Source of the DNA: Mobula hypostoma
Lineage: Eukaryota
Direction of reading: 5' to 3'
Assembly: GCF_963921235.1 (NCBI RefSeq)
Contig: NC_086101.1
Coordinates: forward strand, 7,752,001 to 7,816,000
Length of the DNA stretch: 64,000 nt
A model generated the notes under the pieces. It searched no databases. It was not told the origin of the DNA and saw nothing but the letters and a program-made list of their open reading frames with translations. Position numbers and translations under genes: made by a program. Positions 50,445-62,300 of this stretch are shown here, one piece after another; positions within the stretch are counted from its first letter, which is position 1; every line of letters begins with the position of its first letter.

Positions 50445-51871
50445 ATGGCAGCAGCGAGCAGTGCATCAGCTGGAGGCCCGGGAATCAAGAACACTGTCAG
50501 GCTGACAGTGCGAGACCGGAACGGGGGCACCGGCTTCACCCGAGAGACCTTCATCCGGAAGGTCTTGATGGAATGCTGCGGATTTACGCCCGACGACATC
50601 TACTGCGTCCAGGACTTCGCAGGTTTCTTCGACGTGACTTTCCGGCAGGCTGCAGGGTGGCAGAAGCTGTACCAGCAGCTTCAGCTGAAGGGGACAGAGG
50701 CGCCGCTGTCGCTGCTGAAAGCACAGGCCCTCTTTGCAACGGCTGCCCAACAGGAACGGACAGTCACGGTGCACATGTTCAACCCGCAGTGCCAGTGGTG
50801 GATGTCCTGACATTCCTCACTCGGTATGTGGAGAGCGTAGGAACACCAGCGGACGTGAAGGACGGACTGGGAATCTGGACCAGCAAACGGCAGGTCAAGG
50901 TGAAGCTGAGGTTGGATTCCAACGGCGGCGTCATCCACCCGCCCCCCCCCCACCTCTGTCTTCGCCATGGGAGGGAACCGAGGGTACACGGTGTACGCGG
51001 GGCAACCCAGGGTGTGCCGAAACTGCGACAAGGCAGGGCACATCGCAGCCCAGTGCAGGGTGGTGATGTGCAAGAACTGCAAAACCGAAGGCCACCTGAC
51101 CAAAGACTGCATGCAGGCCAAGTCCTGCAACCTTTGTGGACAAGCTGGCCACCTGTACAGAGCCTGCCCGAGGCGTGGGGGCACCTACGCACGGGCGATC
51201 AGGGAAGGTGCTGGCCCTGAAAGGGCCCAGGCAGTTTCGGACGCCCCTGCCAGCACTGCAGAAGAGGCACCCGACAGGGCGGACGATGAGACCAGGGAGG
51301 AAGGGGCAAGCACCCCGAGACCTGCCACCCCACTGCAGACCCTCCAGGACCAGGCAAACGACGAGCAGGAGTCCATGGAGGAGGGGAGAGCTGAGGTGGA
51401 AACTGAATGGAAGGTCGTGAAACGCAAAAAGACCCAAAAGGCGGTGGCCAGGCGACAGAAGGCGGAGCAACGCAAGAAAAGGTCAGGGAACCACACAGCC
51501 TCTGGTACCCTGTCCTCTTCAGAGGAGGAAGGAGTTGGGGGAGGCCAGCAGCCCCAGCGGAAGAAGCGGCTGGCAGAACAGGTGGAGAGGAGGAGGGAAG
51601 TCTGCTGGCCACCCCCCAAGTACAGGAGGCGGAGAGCAGCAGACACACAGAGCTCCGGGAATCCGGGAGCAGAGCCATGGCTGGCACCCAGCAGCCGGAA
51701 GGGGAAGCAGCCCAGGAAGCCAACAACCCCCCGGGCCCAGAACCAGAACGGCCACACACGGAGGAGTACTACCAGCAGTACCTGAGCCCACAGGAGGTGG
51801 AAAACTTCACAAAGGCGGTGGGAATGAAGGCTCAGGATGGCAAGGGTGAGGACGGAGAGCAGCCAAAATAA
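50445..51871 (+). pseudogene. Tx1 ORF1, ZCCHC3-like with three CCHC zinc knuckles, frameshifted
   Basis: TVHMFNP / VDVLTFLTRY..DVKDGLGIWTSKRQVKVKL..HPP / RGYTVYAGQPRVCRNCDKAGHIAAQC-CKNCKTEGHLTKDC-CNLCGQAGHLYRAC; frameshifts near 50785, the C-run at about 50942-50951, and probably about 51600. Confidence 0.85.
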
Positions 51872-51881
51872 AAGACCTGCA

Positions 51882-54800
51882 ATGATGGCAGACCTTAAAT
51901 TGGCGTGCTTGAATGTGCGAAGTTTGAAGAGTACTGGGCGATGCGTCAGCACGCTCCAGTACCTGGACACTGTAAAGGCCGACGTGACCTTCCTCCAGGA
52001 GTGCGGACTACCACATCTCCGTAACTACCGGAGGTGGTCACGGTGGTGGAAAAAAGGTTTGTCTGTGTGGTCGGGGGGCAATGATTGTCGTGCTTCCGGC
52101 CTGGGGATTCTGCTGCGGGGAGGCAACTTCTCAATCACCCAAGTTAAAGAGGTGGTTGCGGGGCGCCTCCTGGTAGCAGACGTCAAATACCGGGGCACTA
52201 CGCTCCGGCTGATCAACGTGTACGCCTCCCCCGTTCGGAGCGAGCGACTGGCCGTCTTCGAGCAGCTCCCACAGCTGCTGTTGACGTCCCAGCTGGTCGT
52301 TCTGGCCGGAGACTTCAACTGCACCATTGATGCGGCTGGAGGACCCGGCAGGCGAGACAGTACCTCTAGACCCCTGAGGGAAACGGTGAAGACAGCCAAG
52401 CTGCGCGACGCCTTTGGCACCCCCACAGGTGGAGCACAGCCGCAAGCCACCTGGACACGATCGGACGGCTCAGCCCGCTCCCGGATCGACTTCCTCTTCC
52501 TGTCAGAGTCCCTCACGGTCAGGTCCACCGATGTCACGCCGGTGTTCTTCTCTGACCACTGTCTTCTGAGAGCCACCTGTCTCTTACGGGAGGACCAGAA
52601 GGCAGGCAGGGGGACGTGGAAGCTGAACGTAAAGCTGCTGACCCCAGAGAACATCGAGGAACTAGAGAGGGAGTACACAGGTTGGAGAGCCTTGAAAGCC
52701 TTCTTTGATTCCCCTGTTCACTGGTGGGAAGCCACCAAGGAGAACATTAGGAGGTTCTTCATCCGCAAGGGTATCCAGAAAGGAAGGCAGGAGCAGAGGG
52801 AACTGCGTAAACTCCAGACAGAGTTGCAGCAACTTCTCCTTCTGCAGTCGAAGGGGGTGGATGTCAGGGAGGAATTGCGAGAGGTGAAGGGCCGACAAGC
52901 CCATAACCTCGCCGCCGAATCCTCCAAGATCATCTTCCGATCAAGGGTCCAAACCGTGGAGCAGGACGAGACGTGCTCACGTTTCTTCTTCCAAAAGGTG
53001 CACAGGGGGAGCTCTGTGATCCACAACCTTAAGGAAGAGGACGGCTCAGTCGCGTCCTCGCAGACCGACATACTGAGGATCTGCAAGTCCTTCCATGCCG
53101 CTCTATACGACGAAAAGGCCATAGAATCCACAGCCTCCCGCAACTTCCTGTCGTCCATCACGCAGATCTTAGACGACGACAAGCGGGAGAGTCTGGATCA
53201 GCCACTGACCCTGGAATAGCTGACGGGCTCCATCCGTTCCTTTGGGTCGGGTAAGACTCCCGGAAGCGACGGCTTACCGGCTGAGTTGTACTCGGCTCTG
53301 TGGAACTGGATGGGCCCAGACCTGCTGGAAGTGTACAACGCTATGCTTCTGGCCGGCAGTATGTCTGAGTCCATGAGAGAGGGCATCATCACCCTCATCT
53401 ACAAGCAGAAGGGGGAAAGGGAGGACATTAGCAATTGGAGACCCATCTCTCTCCTGAATGTGGACTACAAGATCCTGTCCAAGGCTATCGCCAACAGGGT
53501 CAAGTCTGCTCTGGGACAGGTGATCCACCCAGACCAAACCTGTGCTGTACCAGGCAGGAAGATCTCAGACAGCCTCGCGCTGCTGAGGGACACCATCGCC
53601 TACGTGCAGGACAGGGGGGTGGACGCCTGCCTGGTCAGCTTGGACCAGGAGAAAGCCTTCGACAGGATATCTCACACGTACATGGCGGACGTGCTCTCCA
53701 AAATGGGATTTGGGGAGGGAATCCGGAATTGGATTAGACTGCTCTACACAGACATCCGTAGTGCAGTCCAGGTCAACGGGTGGGAAACAGACAGCTTCCC
53801 CATCAGGTCTGGAGTCAGGCAGGGCTGTCCCCTCTCCCCTGTCTTGTTTGTGTGCTGCATAGAACCCTTTGCGGAAGCCATCAGGAGGGATTGAGGGCAT
53901 AAGAGGGGTGACGCTGCCAGGCAGTGGAGGGACCCAAGTGAAAACCTCCCTGTACATGGACGACGTCACCGTCTTCTGCTCTGATCCGAGGTCAGTTCGC
54001 AGGTTGATTGGCACCTGCGAACAGTTCGAGCTAGCGTCGGGGGCCAGGGTCAACCGCACAAAGAGCGAAACCATTCTCTTCGGCAACTGGCCCGACCGAT
54101 CCAGCGTCCCCTTCACCATCAGGTCTGACCACGTGAAGGTGTTGGGGATCTGGTTCGGAGGGGCCGAGGCGTGCAACAAGAACTGGCAGGAGCGGACCGC
54201 CAAAGTGAAACAGAAACTGGGACTGTGGGGAGGGCGCTCCCTGTCGATAACGGGCAAGAACCTGGTCATCAGGTGTGAGGTGCTCTCAGGGCTGCTGTAC
54301 TTGGCGCAGGTCTGGCCCGTCCCCCGCTCCTACAGCTCGGAAATCACCCGGGCTGTCTTCAGATTCGTCTGGGGATCCAAGATGAAGCAGATGAGACGGA
54401 CCGCCATGCACAAGTCCCTGGACAACGGGGACAAGAACGTCCCCAGTGTCGCCCTCACCCTGATGGCCAGCTTCGTATCTGGCTGCATCAGGTTGTGTGT
54501 GGATCCCAGGTATGTGGGCACCAAGTACCACTATGTGCCCAGATTCTACTTGTCGCCTTGGCTACGAAGGATGGTTCTGGCCCCACTCCCGCGCAACGCC
54601 CCAGTCAGCTGGTCGTTGCCGGCATACCTGTCCTACGTAGCAAAGTTCTTCCAGGAGAACGCCTTTGACCACAGGGCCATCAGGCAGTGGTCAGCACGTA
54701 ATGTCCTGCAGGCACTGCAGGAGAAGGACGTGATGGACACAGTGGGGTGGTTCCCTGAGCAGACTGTCCAGTTCATCTGGCAAAATGCCTCATCGCCAGA

Positions 54801-55284
54801 TCTAACCAACAGACACCAAGACCTCACCTGGCTGGCGGTGAGAGGGGCCCTCCTAGTCAGAGCCCTCCTGTACGCCCGGAACGTCGTCACCGCACCCCAC
54901 TGCCCACGGGAGGACTGCAGTGAGGAGGAGTCTGTGACCCACCTCTTTGCACACTGCCAGTTCGCAAAGAGGGTGTGGAGGAGGATGGACGGTCTAGTGT
55001 CACGGTTTATCCCCAGCAGCTGCGTAACAGAGGACTCTCTGATCTACGGGCTGTTCCCGGGGACACACACGGAGACCAACGTCCGGTGCTGCTGGCAGAT
55101 CATCAACTCGGTGAAGGACGCTCTTTGGTCGGCCCGAAACTTAATGATCTACCAGCACATGGAGATGTCCGTGGGAGAATGCTGCCGACTGGCACATTCT
55201 CGACTGCAGGAGTACGTGCTGAGCGACGCACTGAAACTTGGTGCATCCACCGCAAGGGCCCAGTGGGGAAGGACCACAGTATAG
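51882..55284 (+). pseudogene. Tx1 ORF2 (APE endonuclease, RT, C-terminal zinc motif), one stop and one frameshift
   Basis: CLNVRSL, FLQEC, AGDFNC, RIDFLF, SDH; in-frame TAG at 53217-53219; WRPISLLNVDYKILSK, LDQEKAFD, GVRQGCPLSP; frameshift at about 53890; YMDD; CPREDC..ESVTHLFAHC. Confidence 0.92.
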
Positions 55285-55918
55285 GTTTCTCCACCCGTGG
55301 GAGTGGGAGGGGTCGGATGGCGGGGAATATACCCCTCAACAGTGAAATGATATGGTAAGCTGAACTTCTGGAGTGCCATGTGGGTGGCTAGAAATACGAA
55401 TATGTACTGTGTAAAATGGAAACGTATGTAAAGGATGAAAACTTTTTGAATGGTTTATTGTATATATTTATTTTTGAATAAAGTATATTTTGAAATTAAA
55501 AAAAAAAATTCACCCGCAGAGCTGCTATTCACTGCATGCTTTCTGTTTTTCACACCATCCTCTGTAAACTCTCTCACAAATTCCTACAGTTGTACCGTGG
55601 AGAACATGTTAACTGGTTGCATCACCATCTGGTATGGGGGGGGGGCTAACACACAGGATCAAAATAAGCTGCAGAGAGTGTCAAACTCGGTCAGCTCCAT
55701 CACGGGCACTAACCTCTGTGGTGTCCAGGACAACTTCAATGAGCGATGCCTCAAAAAGGCAGCATCCATCATTAAGGACCTCCTCCACCCAGGTCGTGCC
55801 TGATTCTGATTGCTACCATCAGGCCATCCAATTTCTGAATGGACACTGAACCCACGAACACCACCTCACTACTTTTTAAATTTCAATTTTTGCACTACTC
55901 AGTTAACTATGCAATATA

Positions 55919-56377
55919 CGAGGGGTGATTGATAAGTTCGTGGCCCAAGGTAGAAAGAGAGGTTATTAACTTCAAACTTACTGCATTTTCACTCAAAGGG
56001 TTGAACACACGAGCGTGTAAGGAGAACTGTATAACTCATCTCCTTCTATCTGAGGCTACTAACATAGTAATCACCCCTACTGTGGACCACCTGGAGGTCC
56101 AAGATGCTCTCGTTACCTGCACGTGCAGTTCAACTCTTTGAGTGATAATGTAGAAAGATTGAAGTTAATAACTCATCTCATTCTACCTTAGGCCACAAAC
56201 TAATCAATCACCTCTGCTGTGGACCACTTCTACAAAGAAGGGATCCGTATGCTCCACGACCGCTGGACTAAGTGTGTACATGAAGGAGGGGACTATGTTG
56301 AAAAATAAATAAATATGCCAGGTTTTCTAAAATTGACTCCTTCTACCCTAGGCCATGAACTTATCAATCACCCCTCG
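55919..56377 (+). mobile_element. Mariner-derived element, duplicated copy of 6277-6736
   Basis: Same TIRs and TA flanks; FYKEGIRMLHDRWTKCV. Confidence 0.85.
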
Positions 56378-59300
56378 TATACTTACTGTAATGCAGTTCT
56401 TTTCTATTATGTATTGTTTTGAATTGCTGCCACGAAGAAACAAATTTAATGACATGTGGTAGTGGTATTAAATTGGATTTTGAACTGTAGAGACTGTTGT
56501 GCTTGAAAAGATCAGCAGTTTGTGAGATACTCAAACACCCTACCAGCACCAACAATCATTTCACATTCACTGAGTCAGCAAAGTCACTGGGATCATCCCC
56601 AGTCTGAATAACAAACAAACCTCGTGACCATGTCCACATGTTTTTACGCATTGAGTTGCGACCACATGATTGGTCGATAAGATATTTGCATGAACGAGCA
56701 GGTGTACAGATGTATCTGATAAAGTGGTCACTGAATCTCTTGCTTACAGACAATTATATAAAAATACTAATATAGGAAAGTTAAACTGCAAAGAAAAATA
56801 ACAATTCTACAGCCTAATCCAACAAGCCAAAGCATCACACAGCAAGCAGTGACAGCTGTGGTCACACTATTGTTTTGCAAACTTCAAACATTTTATTACT
56901 TTACTTGCTTTTACCAGGAGGCAATAAACGATACATTCTGGACAATCTTATCAGGCTGTGATGCTGTTTTAGGGGTCACTCAGTCCAAATTGTGATTGTT
57001 TTTTTTCTGTACTCTGTTATCTGCAGATTATCATGTTTTTGTAATAAACATAACCTCATACCTCTCTGGAGTGAATCCCATTCATCAGATTTCTGCCCAG
57101 CTCAACAGACCACTGACATACCCTCACAGTTATCAGGAAGAAAACTGTATAACCAGCTTCGATACAGATTGTAAACTCCTTTGTCAGGTCGAAAATTTCA
57201 TCATCATGCATGGATGGACGCACCATTAAAAGCAATGGACTCAGCACTAAACCTCATGACCAACAGCCTTGTAACTACAAAAACTCAAGGTACTCAGCAC
57301 TAAACCTTACAACCAACGGCCTTGCAACTAAGACTCCCCTTGTCCAGCCCATTCAATGGCCCCGTTTAGTGAGATTGCAAATAACACATGACCTCGGTAA
57401 CATTTTCCTGTGATTCTCAACGTATATTAATGACAGAGTCTCCACAAGACTCTTGCATCAAGTATTCTAAAACCTGGGTGAGGAAGTATCTCACAGAGCA
57501 AAACACTGTGGATGAATGATTCTGTTGTATTTCTGTATTTTTCAGTAAATGCCCACAAGCAAATGAATATGATGGTGGCATATGGTAACATGATAGTAAA
57601 TTACTTCAAACTGTTAAACTTTGGACAAAAATTCTTCAGTCCAACCCTGGCGTGCACGACCCTGGTGCTCGCCCAGCTAATCCCAATTTCCTGCATTCGG
57701 CCCATATCCCTCAAGTCCTGCCCCTCCACCTACTGTCCAAGTGCTTTTTCAGTGGCATTGTTACCTGCCCCAAACACTCCCCCTGGCAGCTCGTTCCATG
57801 CACTCACATCCCAGTCCTGTATGGCCAGCCCCTGATGTGGGCACAGCCGGAGGAAACAACCACCCCATCTCTACTCTGTTAAGCCCCATCCAAAACTCAT
57901 GCACTTCAATAAGATCTCCTGAACTGAAGAACGTGGCCCCATTTGCTAAATCTCCCCTCAAACTTGCCAAGCCCGTCGTCAGCACAGTTCGGCCTCAAAG
58001 TCACCTACACTCAGCGGCCACTTTATTAGGTACCCCTGCTCCTGTGGCAGCAGCTCAATGTGTAAAAGCATGCAGGAGTGGCCAGAAACAGGTTTAATGC
58101 CACCAACACACGTCATGAGATTTGTTAACTTTACAGCAGTACAGTAAAAGACATGATAAATAGAGAAAAACTATGGTAGTATGTATATCTGTATACACAT
58201 ACACACATATAAATTAGTGCCATGAAATAACAGACAGTACAGTTGCCTGGATTGGGGAGCATGCCTTGTGAGAATAGGTTGAGTGAACTCAGACTTTTCT
58301 CCTTGGAGCGACGGAGGATGAGAGGAGACCTGACAGAGGTGTACAAGATGATGAGAGGCATTGATCGTGTGGATAGTCAGGGCTGAAATGGTTGCCACAA
58401 GACGACACAGGTTTTAAGTGCTGGGCAGTAGGTATGGAGGAGATGTCAGGGGTAAGTTTTTGACTCAGAGAGTGGTGAGTGCGTGGAATGGGCTGCCGGT
58501 AACGGTGGTGGAGGCGGATAAGATAGGGTCTTTTAAAAGACTTTTGGATAGGTACATGGAGCTTAAAAAAAATAGAGGGCTATGGGTAACCCGAGTAATT
58601 TCTAAGGTAGGGACATGTTCGGCTCAACTTTGTGGGCCAAAGGGCCTGTATTGTGATGTAGGCTTTCTATGCATATGGTTCAAGGATTTATATTTATGAA
58701 TCCTAACTAAAGGTTTGGTGAAGAATAACAAAAAAGGGCCAATTTTAATTAAACTGTCAAATGTGCTGAAGCTGGAGTTCACCTTGAACTTCTCTGTCAC
58801 TATCACACTGGGCCGTCAGTCAGCGTGAATGTACACAACACCTTCCGACCATCGCTCGCAATCCATCTCGAACCAAGGGGTCTCTCAGCAGATCGTATGC
58901 TACGATCGGTTCTCCCCAGTGTCTTCTCTATCCATCTCCTGCCAAACAAAAAACCCAAGCCCAACCTCAGCGTTCCTCACTCGAGAAACCTTCCCAACAA
59001 TTCGACCATCCTAAATGGATGGCACACATTTCTCCTCATCTCTTATCTTCAACAATAACCCAAACAAGCTGAAAACAGAACAGGCTGCTCTGACAGAACT
59101 GCCAAAATGAAACACATACAGCAGAACAGTAAAAATATGAACCAGGGCATTGCATATATATGTCCATTAAATAGTTCAGTTCAAATCAGTAGCCCAAAAC
59201 AAAAACAGAAATTTAAAAGGTGGTGAGGTAGTGTTCATGAGTTCAATCCATTTAGAAATCATATGGCAGAGTTGAAGAAACTGTTCCTGAATCACTGAGT

Positions 59301-62300
59301 GTGTGCATTCAGGGCTCCATACCCCCTGCCTGATGGTAACAATGGGAAGAAGGCATGTCCTGGGTACAGCGCCAAGGGAGTGATGGTCAAGAGGTTCAGT
59401 TGCTGTTCAGATCAGTCATCAGAATAGAGAAGAAATGTGATCTAAGTGACTTTGACCTTGGAGTGCATGTCAGTGCCAGATGGGGTGTTTGTGCATCTCA
59501 GAAACTGCTGATCTCCAGGGGTGTTCACGCACAACAGTCTCTAGGTTTTACAGAAAATGGTGTAAAAAAAATCCAGAGTGGCCATCATGTGGGCATAAAC
59601 ACTTTATTAATGAGAGAGCTCAGACTGGTTTAAGTTCACAGGAAGGCGATAGTAACTCAAATAACCACACATTACAAAAACAGTGATGTGCAGAAGAGCA
59701 TCCTTGAACGCATATGTTGAACCTTGAAGACCACAAACATACATTCAGTGGCCACTTTATTGGAGGTAGCAAATAAAGTGGCCATTTAGTGTATTCATGC
59801 ACCATTAGTTATGGTCCTTCACTGCAGCACATGAGCAACACACACTCACACTCTGTTGGAGGAGCTCAGCAGCGATGGAGAGGAATACGCAGTCTATGCT
59901 TTGGGCCAAAACCATTTCCTGCAACATCATCTTTTCTCCCCCTTTCCAGACTTGCTACCTGAACTGTTGAGTTCAACCAAAAAGCACTGCAGGACCGCAC
60001 GGTACACTGTTGGTAGACAACTATTGGATCAGGAAACCATCTGCACTTCACAATGTCTATGGCGGGCTTGTAAATTCGTGACAGACTCATCTGACCACAG
60101 CAATCACCTATTCAATCTCCTGTTGCCCAGCAGGAGATACAGAAACATCCGCACACAGACATCCAGACTGAGAAACACATGTTCCCCAGGGTTGTCGTGC
60201 AACTGAACAATGCACCCCACCCACCCACAGCCCATAGGTACCATGGACACCTCCAAGTGCAACACATGGGCATAATTATTCATACTATATTTTATGTACA
60301 ATCATTGTTTAATTTAGGTGTCACTCTAAGTAACTCAGACATTATTTTAAAATTTAAATGCTGTCATTGTGTTTTAGTCATTGAATTGCCAGTGTGCAGT
60401 TTTGCTCGGAATGGAGCAGCATTGCAATCTCGTCCTCAGCAACGACAATAAAACTCTAACCCAGTCCCTCCCGCATTTTGTGTGTGTTGCTCTGGATTTG
60501 CAGCATTTACAGAAATACTTGTGTTTCTTTCTGTAGCATATGATATGCGCCTGCTCTTATCACGAGTTCTTTGGTCACCAAGATATGCAGATGCTTCAGA
60601 ATTATCTGGTCACGACTCTCTAACCAACAGCCATGTTGTTCAGAATACGAGAGGAGATCTCATCCCACAACCATCTGACTCTCTCTGCACCCATGTCTGT
60701 GGGGCTAGGCACGGCTCAAATCCCATCTGTAAATTTGCTGACGATACAACTATTGTCAGCAGAACATCAGATGGTGGTGAGGAGACATATTGGAGAGAGA
60801 CAGATCAGCTGGTAGAGTGGAGTCACAGGAACAAACTTGCACTCCACATCAGTGAGACAAAAGAATTGATTGTGGACTTCAGAAAGAGTCAGACGAGGGA
60901 ACACAGTCCTCATCGAGAGATCAGTAATGGAAAGGGTGAGCAATTTCAAGTTCCTGGAGGTCAGCATCTCCAAGGATCTTCTCTGGCCACAAAAATATGG
61001 CGGGGTGTTGGGGTATGCACGCCACAGGATCAAAATAAGCTGCTGGAAGTTGTAAACTCAGTCAGCTCCATCTTGGGCACCAGCCTCCGTAGCATCCAGG
61101 ACATCCTCTCGGAGCAATGCCTCAAAAAGGTGGCATCCTTCATGAAAGACCTCCATCACCCAGGACATGCCTTCTTCTCATTGCTGCCGTCAGCATGGAG
61201 GTACAGGAACCTGAACACACAAACTCAATGATTCAGGAACAGCTTCTTCCCCTCTGCCATCAGAATTGTGAATGGGCAATGAACCCATCAACATAAACTC
61301 ACTACTATTCTTTTCTTTTTGCACTACTCATTTAATTTTTTAAAAATGTATTTACATATACTTCTCACTATAATTTACAGTTTTCATTACATATTGCAAT
61401 GTACTGTTGGATAAACTTCACGTCATAAGACAGTGATTTTAAACCTGATTCTGAACTGAACTGAACATTCATTCCTACTGACCCTATTTATTTGCTCCAA
61501 TAACCCATCGAAGTTCAAAGTAAACTTTTTTATCAAAGTACGTATACATCACCATGTACAACCCTGGGATTTTTTTTCTTGCGGGTGTATTCACTAAATC
61601 CAATAACCATCATGGAATCAATGAAAGACAGCACCCAACAGGACGGACAAATAACCCACGTGCAAAAGTCAACACACTGCGCAAATACAAAAACAAACAA
61701 TAAATATTGAGAACATGGGATGAAGAGACCTTGAAAGTGAGTTTATAGCTTGTGGGAACAGTTCAATGATGGGGCGAGTAAAGATATCATCTCTGGTTGA
61801 AGAGCCTGCTGGTTGAGGGGCAATAACTGTTCCTGAACCTGGTGGTGTGGGTCCTGAGGGTCCTGTACCTTTTTCCTGATGGCAGCAGTGAGAAGAGAGC
61901 ATGGCCTGGACAATGCTCCTCAGACAGAGCTAGAGGGACCGGACTATTGAGGAGGTTGTATAGGTTAGGACTTTATAGTTTGGAGCATAGGGGATCGTAC
62001 GTTGCTGTATAAAATCATGAAGAATAGAGACAGGGTGAATGAATACAGTTCTTTTCCCAAGATTAGGAAATGAAGAACTGGAGAGTACAGGTTTAAGGTG
62101 AGAGGGAAATGATTTAATAGGAAAGCAGTGGAGAGGGCTGCGGAGTGGGTAGTCCGTATATAGAATGAGCCATTAGAGAAAATGTTTGAGGAGAACACAA
62201 TATTAACAGTGGTGAGAGTACACGGAGGAGACAGAGAGCTGAGTGATATGGTGGAACGGATCTTTCCCCCAAAGTCAGCAAAATTTAAGAGCTAATCATT

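Larger units (their letters stand above)
50370..55508 (+). mobile_element. Near full-length Tx1-clade (L1 group) non-LTR retrotransposon, about 5.14 kb
   Basis: Absent from copy A (empty site at about 5865); GC-rich; ORF1 + ORF2; AATAAA at 55477-55482; A11 tail at 55498-55508. Confidence 0.95.

Noticed and set aside
50396..54269. Long antisense and alternate-frame ORFs over the Tx1 element
   Set aside because: Expected shadows of a GC-rich, stop-poor coding sequence.
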